26,932 nucleotides of DNA from Bacillota bacterium (GCA_017619905.1 JAFZRK010000053.1:1-26932); one strand, 5' to 3'. Counted from the first letter of the stretch, positions 16,837-24,944 are shown. Translations and numbers: made by a program. The notes: a model not told the origin generated them from the sequence alone.

Positions 16837-17931
16837 TTATCTGATCCTTCCCGACGCCACGGCGTCCACGAACAGCTTTGTAAGGGTATAGCACTGTTTC
16901 AGATCCGAGGTCTTGGCCACGCTGTTGGGGCAGTGTATGCTGCGCACAGGGGCCGCAAGGCATGCGACCCTAACGCCCGAGCGGCTTCTCTGCACTGCTG
17001 CAGCGTCCGTGCCTCCGGCTATCCTGCCCTTGATCTGCCACGGCAACTTATTTTCAGTTGCAAGGTCCCGCAGGGCTTCAAACAGCTTTCTGTCGTATAT
17101 CGTGCCGGCGTCCATGAAGCCGATCACCGGTCCGCCGCCAATGGTGGTGACCTTCTTGTGGCCGTCCACGCCTGCCAGGTCCGCGGAGGTGGTGCCTTCC
17201 AGGATCAGCGCTATGTCCGGCTTTACGGACCACGCCGCCGCGGTCGCTCCGCGCACGCCCACCTCTTCCTGGACCGTAAACACGAAGGTAACGTCCATGG
17301 GCAGGTCTTTTTCAAGCAGTTTCAGCATAATGGCGCAGCCGCAGCGGTCGTCTATGGCCTTGGCCTTAACGAAACCGTCGCCTTTGCCGAAGCGCACGAA
17401 ATCGCTGTAAAACGCCGCGCAGTCGCCGATGTTCACCAGCTTTTCGGCCTCTTCCTTGTCTTTGGCGCCGATGTCTATGTACATGGAGGTCCACTTCGGG
17501 ATCTCCTCGCGCTCCTCGGGGGTGCTCATGTGGACCGCCTTCAGCCCGGTGACACCGGGGATGCGTTTTTCGCCCACCCATACGCGGCGGTTGAACACGA
17601 CGCGCGGGTCTATGCCGCCCACGGGCGCGAACTTAAGGAAGCCCTTATCCGTGATTCCGTTGATTATGAATCCGACCTCGTCCATGTGGGCCGCGATCAT
17701 GAGTTTTGGCAGCGGGGCGTCGTTTTCCGCGTTGCAGCTGCAGTTCGTGTTGTTGTCCGCGCAGTTTTCCGCGTTATTCGACGCGTGTTTTACCACTATA
17801 AGGTTGCCCATGCGGTCCGTACGCACGTCGTCCGTGCAGCGGAGCGCCTGCGCCTTTATGTATTCGCGCACTTCCTCCTCGGAACCGGAGATGCCGTTCA
17901 GAAGGCAGAGCTTTTTAAGAGTTCTCAGCAT
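16837..17931 (-). CDS. M42 family aminopeptidase (paralog 2)
   Basis: AAHMDE, DDRCG, QEEVG, LEGT, SIHCP. Start ATG at 17931. Confidence 0.9.
   Translation of the reverse strand: MLRTLKKLCLLNGISGSEEEVREYIKAQALRCTDDVRTDRMGNLIVVKHASNNAENCADNNTNCSCNAENDAPLPKLMIAAHMDEVGFIINGITDKGFLKFAPVGGIDPRVVFNRRVWVGEKRIPGVTGLKAVHMSTPEEREEIPKWTSMYIDIGAKDKEEAEKLVNIGDCAAFYSDFVRFGKGDGFVKAKAIDDRCGCAIMLKLLEKDLPMDVTFVFTVQEEVGVRGATAAAWSVKPDIALILEGTTSADLAGVDGHKKVTTIGGGPVIGFMDAGTIYDRKLFEALRDLATENKLPWQIKGRIAGGTDAAAVQRSRSGVRVACLAAPVRSIHCPNSVAKTSDLKQCYTLTKLFVDAVASGRIR
17043..17061. repeat. GCAACT-N7-AGTTGC palindrome, copy F (inside M42 paralog 2)
   Basis: GCAACT tattttc AGTTGC (perfect arms), encodes ATENKL. Confidence 0.75.
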
Positions 17932-18989
17932 TCCAGGGCCTCCTTTCCGGGATCCAGCGCGTACGCGGCCAGAAGCTGCGCGCAGTATTCCACGTCCGCA
18001 AAGTCCAGGCATTCCGCCGGCGAATGCATGTATCGCAGCGGCAGCTCCACTATGCCGGAAGCCACGCCGCCGCGGACTATGTGCATGGCCCAGGCGTCGG
18101 TGCCGGTCCTTCCGGGCGCGGCTATGCGCTGTCTGGGGATGCCATTGCGGTCCGCCAGCTCCGCCAGACGGTTCCCCACGTATTTAGTGATGTTCGGGCC
18201 GACCTTAAGCACCGGGCCTCCGCCGAGCTCCGTAACCACATGAGCCAGCTTTTCGCCGCCGGCGTCCGGGGAACTTGCCTGAGTTACGTCCACGGCTATG
18301 CAGACGTCGGCCTCCGAGTTGAACGCTGCCGCTGCGGCTCCGCCCTCCGAACGCTCCTCGCCTGTGCTCCCGACGAAATACACGTCCCAGGGCAGCTCCA
18401 TGCCGTGCTCCAGCGCGTCCTTCAAAAGCTCCGCGGTCCGTATAAGTATCGCAAAACAGGCCCTGTCGTCCAGAGTCTTGCTTACGTAGCGGCCGTTCAG
18501 AAGGTCGAAGCCCTCCATGCGGTAGGTTATGGGCGTGCCTATCGGCACCTCACGGACTGCCTGCTCCTGCGTGAGTCCCACGTCAACGCGAATGTCCGAA
18601 AGCTTAAGGGCCTTTGACATGTCCTCCGCCTTTAGGACGTGAGGCGGCTGCACGGAAACGACGCCCAGACGGGGCGGGTCGGTCATCACCGTAAGGTCCC
18701 TGTCCGGCAGAACGCGCGGATCCAGCCCGCCTATCTGCCCGACGCACAGGAAGCCGTCCTCGTGGCCGGTAACGACCAGGCCGACTTCGTCCAGATGCGC
18801 CGCAAGCAGCAGCTTTTTAGCGTTCTTTAATCCGCTGCGCCTTACCGCCACAAGGTTTGCCAGTGTGTCCACGTGCACCTCGTCCGCGAACGGAGCGATA
18901 AGCTCCTCCGCTGTCCGCGACACGGGGCGCTCAAAACCCGTGGGTCCTGCGGCCGCGCACAGTTTTTTAATGTATTCTTTGCTTTTCAT
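17925..18989 (-). CDS. M42 family aminopeptidase (paralog 1)
   Basis: AAHLDE, DDRAC, GEER, AVDVT, YMHSP. Confidence 0.9.
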   Translation of the reverse strand: MKSKEYIKKLCAAAGPTGFERPVSRTAEELIAPFADEVHVDTLANLVAVRRSGLKNAKKLLLAAHLDEVGLVVTGHEDGFLCVGQIGGLDPRVLPDRDLTVMTDPPRLGVVSVQPPHVLKAEDMSKALKLSDIRVDVGLTQEQAVREVPIGTPITYRMEGFDLLNGRYVSKTLDDRACFAILIRTAELLKDALEHGMELPWDVYFVGSTGEERSEGGAAAAAFNSEADVCIAVDVTQASSPDAGGEKLAHVVTELGGGPVLKVGPNITKYVGNRLAELADRNGIPRQRIAAPGRTGTDAWAMHIVRGGVASGIVELPLRYMHSPAECLDFADVEYCAQLLAAYALDPGKEALEC

Positions 18990-19906
18990 TTCCAGAGATC
19001 TTCGGGGTAGAGTCCCTCGTCCGTCATCTTCTGCATCTGCGCTACCACGACGGGGCGGTCCTCCTTGTAGGTAACGCCGTACCAGCGGTCAGGCGCGTCC
19101 AGCACCTTGACCTTGGCCTTGCCCTCGGCCACCAGGTCGCTCGTAACGATAGGAATGAAGAATTCGCCCTTCAGCGGGTTCGTCGCTAGGATCTTCTCCA
19201 GCGCCGCGGGGAACCTTTCCTTAAGCTCCGTCATGATGCTGGGGGTGAATCCGAAGAAGTTCATGGACACCGGCGTTCCGGGGGCCACTTCCGTCCAGGT
19301 GGCGCCGTCGTCCTCGGTGAAGACGATCTTTCCGTCCTGCCACTGAATTTTAGTGCGCTCGTCCAGGTGCTCCAGATAGCCGTCCTTCGTGACGCATACG
19401 CCGCGGGCCACGCTGCCGTTCTCGGTGAGCGTGTTCTCTATGTAGTAGCCCGCCATGCAGTAGTCGTAGAACTCGCCGTCCTTTGCTTTTTTAAGGTAAT
19501 TGTACATGTTTTTGAACACTTCGCGGCCGTAGTAGTCGTCGGCGTTGATGACTGCGAACGGCGCGTCGATCAGGTCCCTGGCCGCCAGGATGGCGTGCCC
19601 GGTGCCCCAGGGCTTCTCGCGGCCTTCCGGAACTTCAAACCCTTCCGGAATGTCGTTTATGTCCTGGTAAGCGTACTTGATGTTCAGGTGCTTTGCGGCG
19701 CCGCGCTCCATCAGGGCCTTGAAATCCTCCTCTATGGAGTGCTTTATTATGCATATCACGGTCTCGAAACCTGCGGCCTTGGCGTCGTAGAGCGAGTAAT
19801 CGATGATTATCTCTCCGGCCGGGCCTATGGGGTCGATCTGCTTAAGTCCGCCGTAGCGGCTTCCCATGCCGGCGGCCATTATTACGAGTATAGGTTTTTT
19901 CTTCAT
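18986..19906 (-). CDS. Sugar-phosphate nucleotidyltransferase (NTP_transferase family)
   Basis: AAGMGSRYGGLKQ, KPWGTGHA, VINADDYYG, SMN; GGAGGAG SD. Confidence 0.92.
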   Translation of the reverse strand: MKKKPILVIMAAGMGSRYGGLKQIDPIGPAGEIIIDYSLYDAKAAGFETVICIIKHSIEEDFKALMERGAAKHLNIKYAYQDINDIPEGFEVPEGREKPWGTGHAILAARDLIDAPFAVINADDYYGREVFKNMYNYLKKAKDGEFYDYCMAGYYIENTLTENGSVARGVCVTKDGYLEHLDERTKIQWQDGKIVFTEDDGATWTEVAPGTPVSMNFFGFTPSIMTELKERFPAALEKILATNPLKGEFFIPIVTSDLVAEGKAKVKVLDAPDRWYGVTYKEDRPVVVAQMQKMTDEGLYPEDLWK

Positions 19907-19941
19907 GATGCTCCTCCATCGGTTTATATTTCCAACACTTT

Positions 19942-19970
19942 ATGATATACTAAACGCAATCTTTTTACAA
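19942..19970 (-). promoter_or_regulatory. Putative SigA promoter of the nucleotidyltransferase-M42 operon
   Basis: Minus strand TTGTAA-17 nt-TATCAT. Confidence 0.55.
19943..19951 (+). promoter_or_regulatory. Extended -10 promoter of the PAP2 gene
   Basis: TGATATACT, with GAAAGG SD upstream of ATG 19985. Confidence 0.55.
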
Positions 19971-19984
19971 GAAAGGCGGCCCCA

Positions 19985-20680
19985 ATGGACGAAAATCTGC
20001 AGACTGCTCCGGCTAAACGCTTCGGCAGCGTAAGGATAATAAAGATAGCGCTTTCGATCGCGGTCTTCGCGCTCATAACCTGGCTCATGATGACCGGCAA
20101 ACTGGACGGCTTCGACGCCGCGGTCCAGAAGTTCTTCTTCGGCCTGCGCCGCGACTGGCTCACCAAGATACTGGTGCCGTTCTCCTACAGCGGCAACTGG
20201 CCTCTGCCGGCGCTCATCTGCCTTATACTGGTGCTCGTGAAAAAGACGCGCTTCAGTTTCGGCATCCCCATGTCCTGCACCTGCCTGTTCTGCGTGGGCA
20301 TCTATCAGGCGCTTAAATACACGTTCTGCCGCCCCAGGCCGGACGTTTCCGTGCACCTGCTGGTCCAGGACGGCTGGAGCTTTCCCAGCGGCCATTCGCT
20401 TACAAGCTTGGTGGCGTGGACCTTCCTGATCCTGCTGTTCAGGTATTATTACAAGACCAACGGCGCGTCGCTTCCTCTGTACAAGAAGCACCCGCAGCCC
20501 GCCGAGGCGTACATCCGCGACAACGGCAAGCGCAAGCTGGTCAGCACCCTGCTGATAATCTACATTGTTCTAATGGGTCTGTCCCGCATCTACGTGGGCG
20601 TCCACTGGCCCAGCGACGTTCTCAGTTCCTGGGTCCTGGGCATCGCCGTGATCGAGATAGTGCAGGCGGTGTTCCTGTAA
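19985..20680 (+). CDS. PAP2-family membrane phosphatase
   Basis: K...CRPRP, SFPSGHS, SRIYVGVHWPSDV. Confidence 0.93.
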   Translation: MDENLQTAPAKRFGSVRIIKIALSIAVFALITWLMMTGKLDGFDAAVQKFFFGLRRDWLTKILVPFSYSGNWPLPALICLILVLVKKTRFSFGIPMSCTCLFCVGIYQALKYTFCRPRPDVSVHLLVQDGWSFPSGHSLTSLVAWTFLILLFRYYYKTNGASLPLYKKHPQPAEAYIRDNGKRKLVSTLLIIYIVLMGLSRIYVGVHWPSDVLSSWVLGIAVIEIVQAVFL

Positions 20681-20767
20681 GCAGCGTTCCGCGCGCCGTG
20701 GATCGACGATTGAGTGTTTTACGGACAGCGCGTTCCACAGACGACGATTCGCAGAAAGGCATAAACG

Positions 20768-21031
20768 ATGGATCTCAAGGAAAGCAGAGACCGCATAGAC
20801 AAGATAGACGATCAGCTCGAGGCGCTGTTCAAGGAGCGCATGGAGATCGCTGCCCGGATCGGCGAATATAAAAAGGCGAACGGTCTGCCCGTGCAGGACT
20901 CTGCCCGTGAAAAGCAGATCCTTGCCGCCCGCACGAAAGACGCCGGCAATCTTGAGCCCTACATGCGCCGCTTCTTCAAAGAGATATTGAAGCTTTCGAA
21001 GGAGTACCAGAGAGAGCTGAATGATAAATAA
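20768..21031 (+). CDS. Chorismate mutase (AroQ/type II, stand-alone)
   Basis: R..ID.ID..L..LF.ERM.....IG.YK....LPV.D..RE pattern, 87 aa. Confidence 0.88.
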   Translation: MDLKESRDRIDKIDDQLEALFKERMEIAARIGEYKKANGLPVQDSAREKQILAARTKDAGNLEPYMRRFFKEILKLSKEYQRELNDK

Positions 21032-21060
21032 TACAGGTATAGAATAGTACGGATCACAGA

Positions 21061-21100
21061 AAACAAACAACCCCTTGCGGCAGCGCAGGGGTTTTCGTTT
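21061..21100 (+). terminator. Intrinsic terminator after chorismate mutase
   Basis: AACCCC(T)TGCG-gcag-CGCAGGGGTT followed by TTCGTTT; A-rich left side. Confidence 0.75.
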
Positions 21101-21137
21101 GGTAAAAACGGTACACACTTTAGGTAAAAACGGTACA
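21101..21137. repeat. 15-bp direct repeat, 22-bp period
   Basis: GGTAAAAACGGTACA at 21101-21115 and 21123-21137. Confidence 0.85.
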
Positions 21138-21267
21138 GTGATGCGCCGGATCGATTGACTCGGTATGCGGCCTGTGGCATTATCTGCGTACAGATCGGCT
21201 CGTTCAGTATTATTGCAGCAGGCATCCCCCAGATCAGTATCGAAAGCGTTTTCTGAGCCGAAACTGA

Positions 21268-21316
21268 AAGACCGCGTTCCCCGGGTCAAAGGCACCGTCA
21301 GAGGATACGCGGTCTT
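21268..21316 (-). terminator. Long hairpin downstream of the lipoprotein gene, likely terminator of the MBOAT operon
   Basis: AAGACCGCGT ... ACGCGGTCTT perfect 10-bp inverted repeat with 29-nt interior. Minus strand continues TCAGTTT. Confidence 0.5.
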
Positions 21317-21344
21317 ATTTTGCTTTATTTAGTATCGGGGGTCG

Positions 21345-21860
21345 TTATTTCTCCACCAGCGCTATGTACTGGATGGACGTTACCACGCCGCCGTCGAAGA
21401 TGATAAGCAGCTTGCAGTTGTCGGTCTTAAAGGTGGCGCTCGTTGCGTCCTTCTCGAAGTCGCCGTAGGCCTTCTTTACGTCCTCGGCCTTGGAACCGAT
21501 CGCGATGCCCTCCGGGGTCTCCACGGTGTCGTCGCGCAGGACCACGCCGCTGATCAGGTCCTTGCCGTTCTGGCTGTAGGTCATAAGATCAAATCCGTTG
21601 TAGGAGTAGATCTTGTCCATGCCGTCGAACGCGCAGCTGGGGGCCTCGTAACTGCTCTTGTAAGCACCCAGGGCCTTAAGCACTGCCTCGGCGTCGGCCT
21701 TCATCTCGATGACGGTGCTGCCGCTTTTGAACACGTAGTCCTTGCTGTTGGCGCCGCTGTTGGGGTTGATGCTGGTATCGTTGCTTCCTTTTTCGCAGGC
21801 GCAGAGCGCGATCGCGAGCACCAGTATAAGGGCAACTGCCGCTAAAACTCTTTTTCTCAT
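21345..21860 (-). CDS. Hypothetical lipoprotein
   Basis: Signal peptide ending ALCAC, AGGAGG SD; motifs SCAFDGMDK.Y.Y and TPEGIAIGS. Confidence 0.8.
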   Translation of the reverse strand: MRKRVLAAVALILVLAIALCACEKGSNDTSINPNSGANSKDYVFKSGSTVIEMKADAEAVLKALGAYKSSYEAPSCAFDGMDKIYSYNGFDLMTYSQNGKDLISGVVLRDDTVETPEGIAIGSKAEDVKKAYGDFEKDATSATFKTDNCKLLIIFDGGVVTSIQYIALVEK

Positions 21861-21956
21861 CCTTATTCCTCCTTTGACCGGCCGTCCGTCGGCCGTATGT
21901 TTTTATCGGTCCGCGCGCCGGTCTATCGGCTGCCGCAGGACTTCGCATTAACATAA

Positions 21957-23012
21957 TTACTTGTAGCGCGTGACTGCGCCTTCTTCGCGAAGCTGCTTGT
22001 ATTGAGCTTCCTTCATGTATTCGTAGAAGGCCTCTCGCTCGGCCCACTCGGCGGCCAGCGCCGCGTCGGACCGTCTGTCCTCCACGCCGCACTTCTCCGA
22101 CAGGTACTTGCCGAACCACGCGGACATCTTCTCCGCGCCGGAAAGGTTAAGGTGCAGGCCTGCGTCGTAGGTATCCGTATTGTAATCCATTTCGAGCTCG
22201 TCCGCAAGTTCTAAGAAGTTAATATATTCCAAGCCGTATTTTCCGGCGTAGTCCTCGATCTGCTTTTCCCACTGGTCGTACCAGGCGGGGTAGAGCGACG
22301 GCGCCTTTATAAGTATCAGCCGGATGCCGTTCTTATCGCAGGTCTCACGTATCTTGTCCAGGTACTCCCAGCACTTGGGGCCTATCGTATAATCCGGAAG
22401 CGGCACGGGATCCGGCACCTGACCGGCGGGCTTGGCGTCCACGCGCATCAGGTAGCCGTTGTGCGACAGCTTCTCGGTCTTGAACAGGTAATTGAAATCC
22501 TCGGAAGTAAGCTCGCTCCAGCGGGAGTGGAAGCGCAGCAGCGGCAGGATGTAGCTCGCCACGGTCTCCTCGTCCGTCATGGAGGCCTTTACGGCGTCCA
22601 GCTTGGTCGTAGACCACTTCATGCCGTCCAGGGTAAGGCGGTTGTAGGCCTCGTTCTGCGGCTCGGCGTATTTCATTGCCAGCACGTTGAAGACCACCAC
22701 CTTGGGCGTCTCGTAGCGCAGCGTGTCCTCCAGCATGTAGTAGGACTGCCAGGTGAGCTGCTGCGGAGTTCCGCGGATGTAGCTGGTTATTCCGTAGTCG
22801 CGCCACAGCTTTACCGGCGAGAAGTTGGTGTAGACCTCGCAGTCTCCGATGAACAGCACGTCGTTGTTGCCGGCGTTGGCGTAGTACTCGGAGGAGAGTA
22901 TGCCTTCCTCGTTGGTGGTGGCGTACTTGGGCACCAGCAGTTTCTGCAGCAGGAACAGCGTGGCGGCAAGGAGGACGACGCATATTACGATCTTTACGAT
23001 TCTTTTCTTCAT
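21957..23012 (-). CDS. SGNH/GDSL-like (DltD/AlgJ-like) membrane-anchored protein
   Basis: N-terminal TM, DVLFIGDC block-I-like motif, C-terminal DAGLHLN..GA; directly follows the MBOAT gene. Confidence 0.75.
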   Translation of the reverse strand: MKKRIVKIVICVVLLAATLFLLQKLLVPKYATTNEEGILSSEYYANAGNNDVLFIGDCEVYTNFSPVKLWRDYGITSYIRGTPQQLTWQSYYMLEDTLRYETPKVVVFNVLAMKYAEPQNEAYNRLTLDGMKWSTTKLDAVKASMTDEETVASYILPLLRFHSRWSELTSEDFNYLFKTEKLSHNGYLMRVDAKPAGQVPDPVPLPDYTIGPKCWEYLDKIRETCDKNGIRLILIKAPSLYPAWYDQWEKQIEDYAGKYGLEYINFLELADELEMDYNTDTYDAGLHLNLSGAEKMSAWFGKYLSEKCGVEDRRSDAALAAEWAEREAFYEYMKEAQYKQLREEGAVTRYK

Positions 23013-23025
23013 GTCTCCTCCTTTC

Positions 23026-24600
23026 CTAGAACTGGTTGTATATGAACTGCGTGGCGTCGTAGCCGATTCCGTAGGCCCCGAACACCAGAATTACGATTAT
23101 AAGGATCCAGACTATCAGATACCTCGGAACCAGCGGCTTTTCGGCCAGCTGCTCTGCCACAGGCTTCTTGCCCTGCAGTATTCCGACGATCAGGAAAATG
23201 ACCAGCGCTATTGCAACTATAATATAGTCGCGCACTTCCAGCCCGAATTTAAGCATGCCGCCGGAGAACATCTCGCTCCAGCCCTTGCTGCTGAAAATGG
23301 TGGGCACCATGCGGAAGGTAAGCGGCACGTTGCGGTATACGTCAAGCACTCTCAGGAACGCCATCAGCCAGAAGGTGCGGAACATCTGGAAGATATCCCA
23401 GCCCCTGGTATTGGAGAACGCGCACTTTTCGTGGAACTTTGCGTAGAGCGGCTCCAGCTCCTGCGAGATGATTATTACAAGGCAGTTGAGCAGTCCCCAG
23501 ACCACGAAGTTCCAGGACGCGCCGTGCCATATGCCCGTGGCCAGCCACACAAGTATCGTGGACAGGTAGACCGGCACGCGTTTGCCCAGCTGAGTACCCA
23601 GCTTGGCCCTGGACCACTTGGACACCTTAAGCATCCACTTGCTTACGGACACCGGGTAGAATATGTAGTCCTTGAACCACGTTCCCATGGTTATGTGCCA
23701 GCGTCTCCAGAATTCGGTTATGTTCTTCGAGAAGAACGGCCTTTCGAAGTTCTCCGCAAGATCCACGCCGAACATCTTCGCGACGCCAATGGTTATGTCT
23801 ATGCCTCCGGTAAAGTCCGCGTAGAGCTGTATGGTATAGAAGAATACCAGCGCCAGAACGTAGCCGCCGGCGTATTTGTCCGGGTTCTGGGCTATGCCCG
23901 TCACCACCGGGACCAGTCTGTCGGCCACTACCATCTTCTTGAAGAAGCCCCAGACGGCCCTCCAGGCGCCCTGGGTTATCTTCTGCGCGTCGAACGCGTG
24001 CTCCGAATAGAGCGTCTGCGAAAGCTGGTCGAAGCGGCTTATGGGGCCCTGAACCAGCTGCGGGAAGAACGTAACGAACAGCGCGAACCTGGCGGGGTTG
24101 AGCTCCGCCTGATACTTGCCTCTGCTGACGTCGATTATGTAGCCCATGCTCTGGAAGGTGTAGAACGAGATTCCCATGGGCAGGGCGAAGCGCAGGAACG
24201 CAATGTCGGTCCCGAACAGGGAATTGATGGTCCCTATGGCGAAATCCGTGTATTTGCAGACCGCGAGGATGCCCAGGTTAAGGATGAGGCAGCACACCAT
24301 TATGCTGCGGCCCTTCTTCTTGGCGGCTTCCTTGCAGCTCTTCTTTTCTTCTTTGGTAATGTCCGGGGTGTCCTTAAGGAACGCGTCGCGCGCGGCGTAG
24401 GCATCGTGGATCAGCTTGCCCGCAAACCACGTGGACAGCGCCGTCACCGCTATGTAGATAAGGTATTTGGGGCTGGCGAAGGCATAGAAAACTAAGCTCC
24501 CCGCCAGAAGCAGCGCCCACTGGAAGCGGCGCGGCAGCGCGTAGTAAAGGATGAACAGTATAAGCAGGAATAATAAGAATCCGAGCGATACGAAAGACAT
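23026..24600 (-). CDS. MBOAT family O-acyltransferase (AlgI/DltB-like)
   Basis: LPMGISFYTFQ, FFPQLVQGPI, ENFERPFFS....FWRRWHIT, GIWHG catalytic His. Confidence 0.95.
   Translation of the reverse strand: MSFVSLGFLLFLLILFILYYALPRRFQWALLLAGSLVFYAFASPKYLIYIAVTALSTWFAGKLIHDAYAARDAFLKDTPDITKEEKKSCKEAAKKKGRSIMVCCLILNLGILAVCKYTDFAIGTINSLFGTDIAFLRFALPMGISFYTFQSMGYIIDVSRGKYQAELNPARFALFVTFFPQLVQGPISRFDQLSQTLYSEHAFDAQKITQGAWRAVWGFFKKMVVADRLVPVVTGIAQNPDKYAGGYVLALVFFYTIQLYADFTGGIDITIGVAKMFGVDLAENFERPFFSKNITEFWRRWHITMGTWFKDYIFYPVSVSKWMLKVSKWSRAKLGTQLGKRVPVYLSTILVWLATGIWHGASWNFVVWGLLNCLVIIISQELEPLYAKFHEKCAFSNTRGWDIFQMFRTFWLMAFLRVLDVYRNVPLTFRMVPTIFSSKGWSEMFSGGMLKFGLEVRDYIIVAIALVIFLIVGILQGKKPVAEQLAEKPLVPRYLIVWILIIVILVFGAYGIGYDATQFIYNQF
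23213..23231. repeat. GCAACT-N7-AGTTGC palindrome, copy G (inside MBOAT)
   Basis: GCAACT ataatat AGTCGC (same mismatch and same GC right flank as copy A). Confidence 0.65.
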
Positions 24601-24662
24601 TATATCGTTATCCGTTCAGCGTTCCGGCAGCTTGGCGCCGGGCGCCGTCGGGCGTCCTTTCC

Positions 24663-24890
24663 TTATTCGTCCAGAAGCTTTTCGACCATTGCCCACAGGG
24701 CCTGGGCGGAGTTGAAGTTCTCCGGGATTATCTGATCCGCGGGCACCGCAACGTCCATCTGGCTGTTGAGCTCGGTGATTATGGATATTATATCGAACGA
24801 ATCGAGTATTTTATCGTCTATCAGCGTGGTGCAGTTCTCGAAATCCACGTCCGGCCTTATGTCTCTAAGGATATTCATGAATTCTTCCAT
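24663..24890 (-). CDS. Acyl/aminoacyl carrier protein (DltC-like)
   Basis: 75 aa, acidic; LDSF phosphopantetheine site; PENFNS; AGGAGG SD. Confidence 0.9.
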   Translation of the reverse strand: MEEFMNILRDIRPDVDFENCTTLIDDKILDSFDIISIITELNSQMDVAVPADQIIPENFNSAQALWAMVEKLLDE

Positions 24891-24944
24891 CGTGTTTCCT
24901 CCTTTGATCTTCCGGGCTGATGTCTCTGCCCAGAGCAATACCCC

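Noticed and set aside
7530-17735. Shared AENDA peptide (GCxGAAAACGACGC) in IspE and M42-2 insertions, and AACACTCAG in IspE and M42-3
   Set aside because: Matches are too short and low-complexity to separate from chance without a genome-wide count.
16084-18243. 719-aa plus-strand ORF (and similar 22900..24495, 12127..13062, 10475..11353, 6467..7321, 24987..26222)
   Set aside because: All are antisense shadows of well-supported genes and lack family motifs.
15772-18989. M42 genes as cellulases/endoglucanases
   Set aside because: Common mis-annotation; motifs are dinuclear metallo-aminopeptidase ligands.
20570-21295. 241-aa minus-strand ORF crossing the intergenic region
   Set aside because: Overlaps PAP2 and chorismate mutase antisense, runs through a terminator, and has no SD or motif.
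4368-24938. Longer starts given in the ORF track (4415, 5783, 8325, 15377, 18012, 24938)
   Set aside because: Downstream ATGs have SD sequences, stop-start coupling or family-typical N-termini; the extensions overlap neighbouring genes or promoters.
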